A DNA stretch of 64,000 nt from Candidatus Poribacteria bacterium (GCA_965222805.1 CBDCUX010000005.1:444723-508722); one strand, 5' to 3'; positions 1 through 8,420 are shown, counted from the first letter of the stretch. Notes: generated from the sequence alone by a model not told the origin. A program made the numbers and translations.

Positions 1-2
1 CA

Positions 3-1145
3 GATGTGGAAGTGAAAGTGAAAGGGGAGCGGTTCGAGCCGCTAGAAAAAATTGCCAATTCACTCAAAGAGAAATTGTACCAGATGGATGGCGTTTATGA
101 TATAAGGGATGATTTTGTGACAGGGAAATCGGAAATCCGCCTGCGCGTTAAGGAGGATAGGGCATATCAGTACGGCTTGAATATTTTTCAAATCGCTTAC
201 AATGTCCGCAACGCCCTTGAAGGAAATATAACGACAACCTATCGCGATGCCGATGAATCAATTGATGTCGTTGTGAAATACGATTCAGATGATTTGCAAA
301 CAATCGCCAATCTTGAGGAGTTGTTGATTCCAACTCCGAACGGAACGATGGTGCCGCTCAGAGATGTGGCTGAAGCACAGGAGGAGGGTGGATATTCGGA
401 AATCCGCCGCTTTGAGAACGAGCGGGCAATTACTGTCTCCGCCGCTGTAGACAATGATAAGACCAGTGCCTTCGCGGTCAACCAAGTATTGATTCAAACT
501 TTTAAAGATATTGAATCGCTTTATCCCGGTTATCGTCTTGATTTCCGAGGTGTCTTCGACCAAATCAATGAATCATTTGGCCAACTGGCAAGGCTGTTTG
601 TCGTTGGAATTTTAATTATGTACGTTATATTAGGCGCGCAGTTCAAGTCGTTTATTCAGCCGGTCATTATCCTCTTTGCCGTGCCGTTTGGTTTCATGGG
701 TGCAATGATTGGATTGTTAATCATTGGAGCGCCGTTGAGCATGGTTGCGCTGTTCGGCACTGTTGCATTGGCGGGAATCGTTGTCAACGATTCCATTGTG
801 ATGATAGACTTCATAAACCAGTACAGGCTACGCGGTTATAACAAGTGGCGGGCAATCTTAAAAGGCGGAAGTGTTCGATTGCGTCCGATTATCTTGACCT
901 CTGTCACCACAATCTTCGGCTTAATTCCAATGGCAATCGGTTTGGGAGGTAAGTCCCCAATTTGGATGCCAATTGCGTATACAATTATCTTCGGACTTTC
1001 CGCGGCGACCCTTCTGACGTTGTTTGTCATGCCCGCTTTATATGCGATAACGACGGATATACGTGAGCTGTTCGTTAAGCGTGAGCCGGCAGCCCCACCG
1101 GTATTTGAAGACGTGCGTCTTGTTGCAGAGCGCGCGGACGATTGA
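3..1145 (+). CDS. RND efflux transporter permease (AcrB/AcrD/AcrF family), C-terminal part; the 5' end lies outside the window
   Basis: The ORF is open to the left edge. It has a periplasmic subdomain followed by C-terminal transmembrane helices (GILIMYVILGAQFKSFIQPVIILFAVPFG, ALAGIVVNDSIVMIDF, RLRPIILTSVTTIFGLIPMA), which are typical of HAE/RND pumps. Confidence 0.85.
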   Translation, partial: DVEVKVKGERFEPLEKIANSLKEKLYQMDGVYDIRDDFVTGKSEIRLRVKEDRAYQYGLNIFQIAYNVRNALEGNITTTYRDADESIDVVVKYDSDDLQTIANLEELLIPTPNGTMVPLRDVAEAQEEGGYSEIRRFENERAITVSAAVDNDKTSAFAVNQVLIQTFKDIESLYPGYRLDFRGVFDQINESFGQLARLFVVGILIMYVILGAQFKSFIQPVIILFAVPFGFMGAMIGLLIIGAPLSMVALFGTVALAGIVVNDSIVMIDFINQYRLRGYNKWRAILKGGSVRLRPIILTSVTTIFGLIPMAIGLGGKSPIWMPIAYTIIFGLSAATLLTLFVMPALYAITTDIRELFVKREPAAPPVFEDVRLVAERADD

Positions 1146-1184
1146 AACCTCAAATTTTATACATCTTTTTGAAGGGAAGTACCC

Positions 1185-2207
1185 ATGTCGAATATTAAAA
1201 CTGTTGTTACTGCTGACGAACTACGAGTGCGTCTCGACCGGCTGCCAAGGCTGTCTTTGGCAGACCTACCAACGCCGCTGCTCGACTGCCCACGCCTATC
1301 TAAAGCCTTAGATGGACCCCGCATCCTAGTGAAACGGGAAGATCAGACCGGAATGGCATTTGGCGGAAATAAAGTCCGAGAGTTCGAGTATTCCGTTGCC
1401 CCCGCCGTGGAGGAGGGATACGATGTCCTGCTGCACGGTGCCGCGTCCCAGTCCAACCAGTCGCGATTGACGGCGGCGGTTGCTGCACGGCTGGGACTGA
1501 AAGCGGTGATGGTAGGCCAGAAGGATGCTCGCGCCGAGTCGGTGAACGGAAATCTGCTGCTGACCCACCTATTTGGGGCAGAGGTCCACCTGTTGAAGAC
1601 CGCCGAAGAGAAAGCAGCGGTGGTTGAACGATTGAAATCAGAAGGATACCGGGTATACAACACCAGCAGCGACGGATACTACCTGCGAAGTGTATCTTAT
1701 GTGGACGGTTTCCTTGAACTATGGGGACAGCTTCAAGAACGAGACATCCATCCCGACGCACTCTATGTCTGCTCAGGGGTACATACCCATGTGGGATTGG
1801 CCGTTGGGGCACGAGCGTTGGGAATCCCACTGAGGATTGTAGGAATCAGCCCTAGTCCACAGGATAACGCAGCAGCGAACGCTAACCGTGCAAAAGTCGC
1901 CAACGAAGTGGCTCAGATACTTAATCTGGATCTCAATTTTTCAGGGGCCGATTTTGAGAGTTACGGGGAATATGCCGGCGACGCTTACGGCGTAGTAACG
2001 CCGGCGAGCAAAGAGGCAGTCGTCTTAGCTGCACAAACAGAGGCATTGGTACTGGATCCCGTTTATACAGGCAAGACGTTTGGGGGATTGATCGACCATA
2101 TCCGGCAAGGGCAGCTTACGGCGGATCAAACGGTGGTGTTTGTGCATACCGGCGGCACTCCTGCCCTGTTCGCCTACGGAGATGAAATCCTAGGTCCATC
2201 AAAATAA
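1185..2207 (+). CDS. PLP-dependent 1-aminocyclopropane-1-carboxylate deaminase / D-cysteine desulfhydrase family protein
   Basis: 340 aa. The motif FGGNKVREFEY matches the GGNK(x)R PLP-lysine region of this family. There is also a C-terminal VVFVHTGG motif, and the gene starts with ATG. Confidence 0.75.
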   Translation: MSNIKTVVTADELRVRLDRLPRLSLADLPTPLLDCPRLSKALDGPRILVKREDQTGMAFGGNKVREFEYSVAPAVEEGYDVLLHGAASQSNQSRLTAAVAARLGLKAVMVGQKDARAESVNGNLLLTHLFGAEVHLLKTAEEKAAVVERLKSEGYRVYNTSSDGYYLRSVSYVDGFLELWGQLQERDIHPDALYVCSGVHTHVGLAVGARALGIPLRIVGISPSPQDNAAANANRAKVANEVAQILNLDLNFSGADFESYGEYAGDAYGVVTPASKEAVVLAAQTEALVLDPVYTGKTFGGLIDHIRQGQLTADQTVVFVHTGGTPALFAYGDEILGPSK

Positions 2208-2239
2208 CTCGTAATTTCAGATAAAAGGAGGTTCCCAAC

Positions 2240-2542
2240 ATGAATGTTATCGCAGATCTATGTGTCGTACCGATCGGCGTCGGCGTGTCGGTCTCCAAAT
2301 ATGTTGCTGCATGTGAGCGTATCCTCAACGACGCGGGCTTGAAAACCAAACTACACGCCTACGGCACCAACATCGAAGGGGATTGGGATACGGTTTTCGC
2401 TGCAATTAAACAGTGTCATCAGGTTATCCATGAGATGGGAGCCCCCCGGATCAGCACAACGCTCAAGTTCGGCACACGCAACGACCGCGCGCAGACGATG
2501 GACGACAAGATCAACAGCGTTGTCCATCAACTGGAAGAATAG
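2240..2542 (+). CDS. MTH1187/YkoF-like (UPF0045) thiamine-binding family protein
   Basis: 100 aa. The sequence VIADLCVVPIGVGVSVSKYVAACERIL...LHAYGTNIEGDWD is characteristic of the family. A strong RBS (AAAGGAGG) precedes the ATG. Confidence 0.7.
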   Translation: MNVIADLCVVPIGVGVSVSKYVAACERILNDAGLKTKLHAYGTNIEGDWDTVFAAIKQCHQVIHEMGAPRISTTLKFGTRNDRAQTMDDKINSVVHQLEE

Positions 2543-2630
2543 TCATCAAATTGCTTGCCATACCTATCTGATAAAGTATATCAGGTTGAGCAAAGCGAAA
2601 TCCCGATTTATCGGGAGGAGTGGAATAGTC

Positions 2631-3947
2631 ATGGACCTGTTTGACCAGAATCTACAGCAAAATCGGAAACGATCTGGTCCCCTAGCGCACCGGATGCGTC
2701 CCGACACGCTTGACGAATTCGTGGGACAGGAACATCTATTAGCACCCGAGCAGCCTCTCTATCTTGCCATTGCAGAGGACACAGTGATGTCCTGCATCTT
2801 CTGGGGACCACCGGGCTGTGGGAAAACCACCCTAGCGCAAGTTATCGCTCACCACACCAAGGCGCACTTTGAGCATGTCAACGCTAGCACAAGCGGGGTG
2901 CCGGAGTTGCGCAAGCAGGTTGCCCAAGCTGAGGAACGTCTTAAATTTCACAGTCAACGGACCATCCTGTTCTTGGACGAAATCCACCGCTTCAATAAAG
3001 CACAACAGGACTTTCTTCTTTCTTTTGTAGAAGATGGAACGCTCGTGTTAATCGGTGCGACGACCGAAAATCCTTCCTTTGAGGTTAATGCCCCACTCCT
3101 CTCTCGAATGCAGGTGTATCCATTCCAACCACTCGAATCATCTCATATCCGTCAGTTGCTGGACCGCGCGCTCACCGACACTGAGCGGGGTCTAGGCAAA
3201 TACCGAATCTCGCTTTCGGAGGATGCGACAGACGCACTGATTCGGGTGGCTGACGGTGATGTACGCCTCGCCCTCAACGCATTGGAACTCGCCGTACAGA
3301 CCTGCAAACCTGATGAGCAACAGGTACGCCATCTAGATGCCGAAACTATTCGCAGAGCGGTGCAGAAGCGGATGTTGCGCCATGACAAATCGGGCGATGA
3401 ACACTATAACTTGATTTCTGCTTTTATCAAGAGCATGCGCGGATCTGACCCCGATGCTGCTATCTACTGGTTGGCGCGCCTGTTGGAAGCGGGTGAGGAT
3501 GCGCGCTTCATTGCACGGCGCATGGTGGTTCTCGCATCTGAGGATGTTGGAAATGCCGATCCACAGGGATTGCTAATTGCAGATGCAGCCGCCCGTGCGA
3601 TCGAATTTGTCGGGCTCCCAGAGGCACAATTGAATTTGGCGCACGCCGCCATCTATCTTGCCTGCGCCCCAAAAAGTAACGCTGCTTATCTAGCCCTACT
3701 TGCAGCACAAAAAGATGTGCGCGAAGAACCCGCCTATCCTGTGCCGCTCCACCTGCGAAATGCACCGACACAGCTAATGAAGGAACTCGGCTACGGACAG
3801 GAATACAAATACGCTCACGATTTTGAAGACCACATCGTGCAACAGGACCACCTCCCCGACGCTTTGCGCGACAAGCGATACTATGAACCCACCAACATTG
3901 AATATGAACAGCGCATCCGCGAGTATCTGGAAAAAATCAAAAAATGA
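2631..3947 (+). CDS. rarA: Replication-associated recombination protein A (AAA+ ATPase RarA/MgsA)
   Basis: [21 protein letters not shown], Walker [10 protein letters not shown], Walker [12 protein letters not shown] and the C-terminal MgsA domain ([39 protein letters not shown]) are all present. I chose the ATG at 2631 (preceded by GGGAGGAG), not the longer track ORF starting at 2430, which overlaps the upstream gene. Confidence 0.92.
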   Translation: MDLFDQNLQQNRKRSGPLAHRMRPDTLDEFVGQEHLLAPEQPLYLAIAEDTVMSCIFWGPPGCGKTTLAQVIAHHTKAHFEHVNASTSGVPELRKQVAQAEERLKFHSQRTILFLDEIHRFNKAQQDFLLSFVEDGTLVLIGATTENPSFEVNAPLLSRMQVYPFQPLESSHIRQLLDRALTDTERGLGKYRISLSEDATDALIRVADGDVRLALNALELAVQTCKPDEQQVRHLDAETIRRAVQKRMLRHDKSGDEHYNLISAFIKSMRGSDPDAAIYWLARLLEAGEDARFIARRMVVLASEDVGNADPQGLLIADAAARAIEFVGLPEAQLNLAHAAIYLACAPKSNAAYLALLAAQKDVREEPAYPVPLHLRNAPTQLMKELGYGQEYKYAHDFEDHIVQQDHLPDALRDKRYYEPTNIEYEQRIREYLEKIKK

Positions 3948-4002
3948 CCGCGTGACAAGGAATATCAACCCGCTACACACTTGAACAAGGAGAAAAATCA
4001 GA

Positions 4003-4623
4003 ATGGTAAAAGTGGAGCGATCTTACTGTGCCATGCTGTTGTCAATGATTCTTCCCGGACTCGGACAGATCTATCTACGTAAGCTGTCAAAGGGCATCAT
4101 TCTATTTATAGGCATTCTATCCTCAATGCTGCTGATCTACGCCAATTCGTTGCCCGTTACCAGTTGGCGTGATCTGACCCGGCTAGATCGACCTGAAATA
4201 GCGGTGGATGAGCAGCACGCAGAAACAGATGATCCTACCCTAGAAGACAAGGACCAGAAACAATGGCGCGGCTACCCCTTATACACCTCCGACAGAAAAT
4301 TCATGCTTCGGATTACCGCAGATTTGGAGAGCCATCTAATAGACAACACAGAGCTTTCAACGGAACTAGCGCAGGAATTTAAGAAGCGTAAAGTCCTAAT
4401 TTATAAAGGGGCAACAGTTTCAACGAAAAAGGAAGGCAATTGGTGGCTGATAACCGACCACTACCAAACATATTCCGTGAGGAAAAGCGAATATGGGCTA
4501 GACGTTTATAGCACCGCACAATGGCGATTTCGTCCCCGTTGGCAGTTCAAGATCACCGGACTAATTCAACTCTTGCTCTTTTGGGGATTCGCAGTTGTCG
4601 ACGGCTGGCTCGGACGGAGATAG
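4003..4623 (+). CDS. Hypothetical membrane protein (N-terminal LPGLGQIY-type TM hairpin, C-terminal TM helix)
   Basis: 206 aa with RBS AAGGAG. Hydrophobic segments lie at the N- and C-termini around a soluble middle region. I do not recognise a family. Confidence 0.55.
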   Translation: MVKVERSYCAMLLSMILPGLGQIYLRKLSKGIILFIGILSSMLLIYANSLPVTSWRDLTRLDRPEIAVDEQHAETDDPTLEDKDQKQWRGYPLYTSDRKFMLRITADLESHLIDNTELSTELAQEFKKRKVLIYKGATVSTKKEGNWWLITDHYQTYSVRKSEYGLDVYSTAQWRFRPRWQFKITGLIQLLLFWGFAVVDGWLGRR

Positions 4624-4664
4624 AAAAGGCAAATGAGCGTTCAACGGAAGAAATGGAGATATAA

Positions 4665-5093
4665 ATGACAGCACAAAAACAGGTTGAGGGTGCGAATCTC
4701 AACTTTTATGAGGCGATGCAAAACCTGAGCATTGACATGATGGACAGCGTATGGCTACAAGCGGATTGGGTGCAATGTATTCATCCGAACTGGGAAACTC
4801 TCACCGGCTGGGAGGAGATTCGCGTGAGTTGGGTAAATATCTTCCAGAATACACATCGAATGCACATCGAGCCTAGCGAGATCGCGATCCATGCCGATAG
4901 CCAGTTTGCTTGGGTGACGTGTGTGGAATTCATCCACACCTTTGCCGGCGGCAGGATGGGCATATCCTTTGCACAAGCAACGAATGTTTTCAAACATGAG
5001 GGTGAGGATTGGAAGATGGTGCATCACCATGCGTCCCCGTTGCCGCGAGAAGTAGCACTTTCTGGCACCGCTGCGGTGCCGTCGTTGAACTAG
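4665..5093 (+). CDS. NTF2-like / SnoaL-like (DUF4440-type) protein
   Basis: 142 aa. The pattern NLNFYEAM...WLQADWVQCIHPNWETLTGWEEI...WKMVHHHAS is typical of nuclear transport factor 2 family proteins. Confidence 0.6.
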   Translation: MTAQKQVEGANLNFYEAMQNLSIDMMDSVWLQADWVQCIHPNWETLTGWEEIRVSWVNIFQNTHRMHIEPSEIAIHADSQFAWVTCVEFIHTFAGGRMGISFAQATNVFKHEGEDWKMVHHHASPLPREVALSGTAAVPSLN

Positions 5094-5172
5094 CGTCTTG
5101 ATACAAATAGAGAAGGATTTCAGAGGATAGAAGTTTGCGGTACAATTACTTTATGTTTTAAGGAGGAAGAAT

Positions 5173-5544
5173 ATGCCGTTTATCGCTGCCGAGGAACTGC
5201 CAAAAATGGAACTATTTCCAGGCGCACTCAGTAGCATTGTTGCTGGCGAAGGTCTGATGCTGTCCTTTTTGGAGATGACCGAAGGCAGTGAAGTTCCAGA
5301 GCACAGCCATCCGCACGAACAAGCAGGCTTAGTACTGTCAGGAGAGTTGCAGTTCAGAATCGGTTCAGAGGAAAAGATTCTAAAATCCGGGGAGGCATTC
5401 ATTGTTCCGCCAAATGTAGTGCATTCAGGTGTCGTTGTAAAGGGCCCTGCACACGTCCTCGATATCTTCACCCCACCACGGGAGGACTATATCGACCAGT
5501 ACAACAAGCACACAAGCACCTCCACCCAGACCCAATGGAAATAG
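5173..5544 (+). CDS. Cupin domain protein
   Basis: 123 aa. Cupin motifs are present: EHSHPHEQAGLVLSGEL and GEAFIVPPNVVHSG. RBS is AAGGAGGA. Confidence 0.8.
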   Translation: MPFIAAEELPKMELFPGALSSIVAGEGLMLSFLEMTEGSEVPEHSHPHEQAGLVLSGELQFRIGSEEKILKSGEAFIVPPNVVHSGVVVKGPAHVLDIFTPPREDYIDQYNKHTSTSTQTQWK

Positions 5545-5609
5545 GAAGGGTGCTATGGGTAAAATAAAAAAAGAACTGGCTCAAAATATTATTCTTTGAG
5601 ACATTCAAT

Positions 5610-5674
5610 AACTAAATACAGCAGATACACTTGAGATAAACAACAAAGATCGGAAACAGCTAGATGATTTTGTT
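5610..5674 (+). repeat. Copy A of a ~65-bp dispersed intergenic repeat (AACTAAATRCAGCRGATAC..TTGAGATAAACAACARAGATC.GAAAC..CTAGAYGATTT)
   Basis: Aligns by eye at about 85% identity with 7711-7776. Confidence 0.7.
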
Positions 5675-5744
5675 GTACAGCAGTCATTCATTTTGTAGAG
5701 GCGCGGCTGTAGAAAGCGAGCAGTTTAAGGGGAAGTTAAGAGCT

Positions 5745-5895
5745 TCTGTGAGAGAGGCATCCCTGCCTCGATTATCGGCAATAGCAACAGCACCACACAT
5801 ACCTGTGGGAGAGGCATCCTTGCCTCGATTATCGGCAGTAAAAACAGCACCACACATACCTGTGGGAGAGGCATCCCTGACTCGATTATCGGTAG
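5745..5895 (+). repeat. REP-like hairpin array, 3 copies with a 57-bp period, upstream of the RAYT gene
   Basis: The unit TGTGGGAGAGGCATCCYTGCCTCGATTATCGGCA plus conserved filler ..AACAGCACCACACATACC occurs three times. The palindromic core is GAGGCA-TCCY-TGCCTC, at 5754, 5811 and 5868. Confidence 0.85.
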
Positions 5896-5926
5896 AAAGA
5901 ACCCCGGCCCACCCAAAGGAGAAACC

Positions 5927-6400
5927 GTGAACTGTTTTCCAAGTCGAGGAAGCCATCGATTACGGAAAGGACGACAATCAATATCGGGGGCATACTATTT
6001 CCTGATCGCTTCCACGTTTGATCGAAGACCGATACTCGCAAACTCTGAAGTTGTACGAATCATTTTTGAAACCTTTGAATGGCTAGAAGCTCAAGGTCGC
6101 ATCAGATGGACATGTATCATGGTCATGCCGGACCATATCCACGCCGTTATTCAACTGGGTAGAGATCAAACCTTACCAAAAGTCATGCATTCTCTCAAGA
6201 CCTTTACAGCGAGGCAGATTAACAAACAACGTGGTGAACACAGTACAGTATGGCAGGAAGGATATTATGACCACGGCATCCGGAGGGACGAATCTTTGAA
6301 CGAAATTATACGCTACTGCTATGAGAATCCAGTTAGACAAGGCCTAGTCAAACAAGCAAAGGATTATCCATATTGGCGATATAAATACAACATAGAGTAG
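5927..6400 (+). CDS. REP-associated tyrosine transposase (RAYT; IS200/IS605-like Y1 transposase family)
   Basis: 157 aa. YYFLIASTFDRRPIL, the HUH region MPDHIHAVIQL, a catalytic-Tyr region QEGYYDHGIR and ENPVRQGLV are present. REP arrays flank it on both sides. It has a GTG start. Confidence 0.85.
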   Translation: MNCFPSRGSHRLRKGRQSISGAYYFLIASTFDRRPILANSEVVRIIFETFEWLEAQGRIRWTCIMVMPDHIHAVIQLGRDQTLPKVMHSLKTFTARQINKQRGEHSTVWQEGYYDHGIRRDESLNEIIRYCYENPVRQGLVKQAKDYPYWRYKYNIE

Positions 6401-6586
6401 GAGAGGCATCCTTGCCTCGATTCTGTGGGAGGGGCATCCCTGCCCCGACTTGTGGGAGAGGCATCCCTGCCCCGATTTGTGGGAGAGGCACCCTTACCTC
6501 GATTCTGTGGAAGGGGTATCCCTGCCCCGACTTGTGGGAGAGGCATCCTTGCCTCGACTGTCGGGAAAAGGATTTCCCTCCCACAG
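6397..6586 (+). repeat. REP-like hairpin array, 6-7 tandem copies with a 27-28-bp period, starting at the RAYT stop codon
   Basis: The unit GTGGGAGRGGCATCCYTGCCYCGAYT(T) repeats at 6397, 6425, 6452, 6479, 6507 and 6534, with a degenerate copy at 6560. Each copy can fold as GRGGCA/TGCCYC with a 4-nt loop. Confidence 0.9.
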
Positions 6587-6748
6587 TATCTCTATCTCGA
6601 TTCTCATGTTATAAGGGGTTGCAGGGAGATTAGGAAGTTGCCTCACGACTTTGCTGTAAACTTAACATCATGCTGTATATCATCAGGAGCAGGAATCAAA
6701 ATATGTTGAGGAAGGGTAGAAATAAAAGAAAAACAATATGACGTCGCC

Positions 6749-7123
6749 TTGTCATTTGCTGGGGAGGATCGACACTACGCCAACAAGTTAGCCAAACTTC
6801 TTGAGGCCGGGGGATATTCCGTCTTTTATGACAAATTTGAACGGGCGCAGCTTTGGGGCAGAGACCTCTATGTTCACTTGTCATCGGTTTACAAGGACCA
6901 AGCGCACTACTGTGTCATGTTCCTGTCTGAACACTATGCCCGGAAGTTGTGGACAAAACACGAACTCCGAAATGCTCAAGCAAGGGCATTTGAGGAAAGT
7001 CAGGAGTATATTCTTTCGGTCCGTCTTGACGACACGGAGATTCCGGGAATTTTGCCGACAGTCGGATATCTTGATTTAGATTCAATGACCATCGAAGAGA
7101 TCTGCCAGATTTTAGCATCGTAG
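6749..7123 (+). CDS. TIR domain protein; the start appears disrupted (a likely frameshift separates the ATG at 6703 from the TIR frame)
   Basis: The in-frame sequence reads (Y)DVALSFAGEDRHYANKLAKLLEAGGYSVFYDKFE..LWG...CVMFLSEHYARKLWTKHELRNA...LSVRLDDTEIPG, the bacterial TIR signature including the conserved Glu. The only conventional in-frame start is TTG 6749, which falls inside the conserved first strand. An RBS-preceded ATG at 6703 lies in the +1-shifted frame and stops at 6739. Confidence 0.8.
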   Translation: MSFAGEDRHYANKLAKLLEAGGYSVFYDKFERAQLWGRDLYVHLSSVYKDQAHYCVMFLSEHYARKLWTKHELRNAQARAFEESQEYILSVRLDDTEIPGILPTVGYLDLDSMTIEEICQILAS

Positions 7124-7224
7124 GTTGGGTTGAACGGTTGAAAATGTCTCGCTATCAAGGACAGCAGCATTTCTGCCTTTCAACACCATGTTCTTACAGA
7201 TAGCGAGAGTGAAACCCAACACCC
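7119..7224 (+). repeat. Copy 1 of a ~105-nt structured dispersed repeat (nested inverted repeats)
   Basis: CGTAGGTTGGGTTGAACGGTT...CTCGCTATC...GATAGCGAG..AAACCCAACACC. It starts on the TIR stop codon. An inverted copy lies at 34383-34487. Confidence 0.7.
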
Positions 7225-7242
7225 ACAACCAATGAACCAACC

Positions 7243-7324
7243 TAGCCCCAGCAGGGTAGCATGTATATAGCAATATCCAATCCCTACACACCCAAGCCCC
7301 AGCGGGGCGACATGTGTATAGAAC
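7243..7324 (+). repeat. Two copies of the dispersed hairpin element AGCCCCAGCGGGGCGACATGTnTATAG
   Basis: The copies are at 7243-7271 (TAGCCCCAGCAGGGTAGCATGTATATAGC) and 7294-7324 (AAGCCCCAGCGGGGCGACATGTGTATAGAAC). The stem is GCCCC/GGGGC with a 3-nt loop. Confidence 0.8.
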
Positions 7325-7411
7325 GAACGAATTAACCCATCCCTTGGGTCAAGCAGCTAGTCGGCGGTAACCTAGTTTAAAATACTATCAACCCACGCAT
7401 GGAGACCCCTC

Positions 7412-7711
7412 ATGTCACAAGACCTCAACTATCAAGAGAACATCCTTAATATTCTCAAGAACCTTCAGGGAATCGAACCCCTCCGGGAACTGTTCTGGAC
7501 AGAGTTAAACTACGATCGTCAAAACGAAGGAATCTCCTACCAAAACTGGACAGACACGGCTAAAAATGCCCTCGCCGAGGAGCCAATTCTCTTTGCGACG
7601 GGCGGAACAGACAATGCCTTTGAGGTCATCTATGCCCGTCTCAACTCCGACCGTCTGCTGCTGACAGCTGAACGTCCTGTCATCTCTCGTCTCCTACAAG
7701 ACCACCCTTAA
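7412..7711 (+). pseudogene. N-terminal 99-codon stub of a type IIG restriction-modification / Eco57I-like methyltransferase family gene (tentative)
   Basis: LRELFWTELNYDR....W.......L.EEPILFATGG.DNAFEVIYARLNSDRLLLTAERPVISRLLQDHP resembles, from memory, the conserved N-terminus of proteins over 1000 aa long in this family. Here the ORF ends at a stop codon that coincides with the first bases of repeat copy B (7711). Confidence 0.45.
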
Positions 7712-7776
7712 ACTAAATGCAGCGGATACGTTTGAGATAAACAACAGAGATCAGAAACGACTAGACGATTTCGTTT
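7711..7776 (+). repeat. Copy B of the ~65-bp dispersed intergenic repeat
   Basis: Aligns with 5610-5674 and begins at the stop codon of the truncated ORF. Confidence 0.7.
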
Positions 7777-7902
7777 TTAATCCCTTCAACCTCACACAAG
7801 GGGAACGGACTGGCGTGTATGAGGCGGTTGTTCACCTTGGGGAGACATGGCTGCGGAAAACGGGCAGTTTGAAGGAGGGTTAGGGAGTGCCTCGCGACTC
7901 TA

Positions 7903-7931
7903 TTGACACATGAATAGTTGGGTGTTATGCT
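7903..7931 (+). promoter_or_regulatory. Sigma70-like promoter candidate (TTGACA-17 nt-TATGCT) inside a conserved intergenic module
   Basis: TTGACA is at 7903-7908 and TATGCT at 7926-7931, with a 17-nt spacer. The upstream 45 nt resemble 6611-6661, which precedes the TIR gene. Confidence 0.35.
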
Positions 7932-8221
7932 TGACCATATAAGTTAGCAAATCCGGGGGCACAAAATCTGGATAAAGTAAGAAAGCAGCTTCACTCGATT
8001 GAGTGCATTCTATCCACCAAAGCGTCTGATCCTGATGGGCTTTTTCGCTCTTGAAAATGAAATTGGACAAACGGATATTTGAACTGTATAATTTAATATA
8101 GAAGGAAATCTTCATTGAGGAGGAAATCACCCAACCGAAAGAAGATTAGCCTTATGATTATACAATCAAATTTCAAAGCAGCAAAGAAGGTGAGAGCCGT
8201 GGCAAAGCGTGATGCCCATAA

Positions 8222-8386
8222 GTACATAAAATTATTCGTCGTGGGATTACTAATGACCTAAATAGGCGTGAGAGGGAACACCAGCAAGAATATGGCAATA
8301 ATGTTCATATTACTAAGGTTGGGAGGGCCACAACACGAGAAGGTGCTAGAGACTGGGAAAAAGATCGAAAACGTGGTACTCCTTAG
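8222..8386 (+). pseudogene. Possible remnant of a small GIY-YIG-like nuclease/toxin-type gene (no usable start in frame)
   Basis: The frame reads KIIRRGITNDLNRREREHQQEYGNNVHITKVGRATTREGARDWEKDRKRGTP-stop. GITNDLNRR..EH resembles the GIY-YIG core. An ATG ORF at 8154 in another frame could have been the original N-terminus, joined by a frameshift at an A-run near 8226. A terminator follows. Confidence 0.25.
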
Positions 8387-8420
8387 TTGCCAGAATTCTT
8401 TTCATTTTCTACAACAAAAG

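Noticed and set aside
2596-2612. The hairpin TCCCGATTTATCGGGA upstream of rarA resembles CCCGATCTTATCGGGG at 25219-25234.
   Set aside because: Only two short copies were seen. They could be another REP family or chance palindromes, and I did not pursue them.
2430-2630. An upstream extension of the rarA ORF (track start 2430) overlaps the YkoF-like gene.
   Set aside because: The extension is Arg/Ser/Thr-rich and overlaps the preceding gene by 113 nt. The conserved RarA N-terminus begins at ATG 2631, which has its own RBS.
5745-6586. The regularly spaced repeats on both sides of 5927-6400 could be mistaken for CRISPR arrays.
   Set aside because: The would-be spacers in the 57-bp array are themselves conserved (..AACAGCACCACACATACC). 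The 27-bp array has no spacers at all. The units are palindromic REP hairpins, they flank a RAYT gene, and there are no cas genes. They are therefore REP arrays, not CRISPR.
5664-6709. Track ORFs 5664-5930, 5684-5956, 6348-6584, 6412-6633 and 6425-6709 encode repetitive GEASLPRL / GRGIPAP peptides.
   Set aside because: They are translations of the REP arrays in several frames and on both strands. They are repeat artefacts, not genes.
7900-8130. A 76-aa minus-strand ORF lies in the island.
   Set aside because: It is low-complexity (Ser/Ile/Phe-rich), has no RBS and overlaps a plus-strand promoter-like module. The evidence is insufficient.
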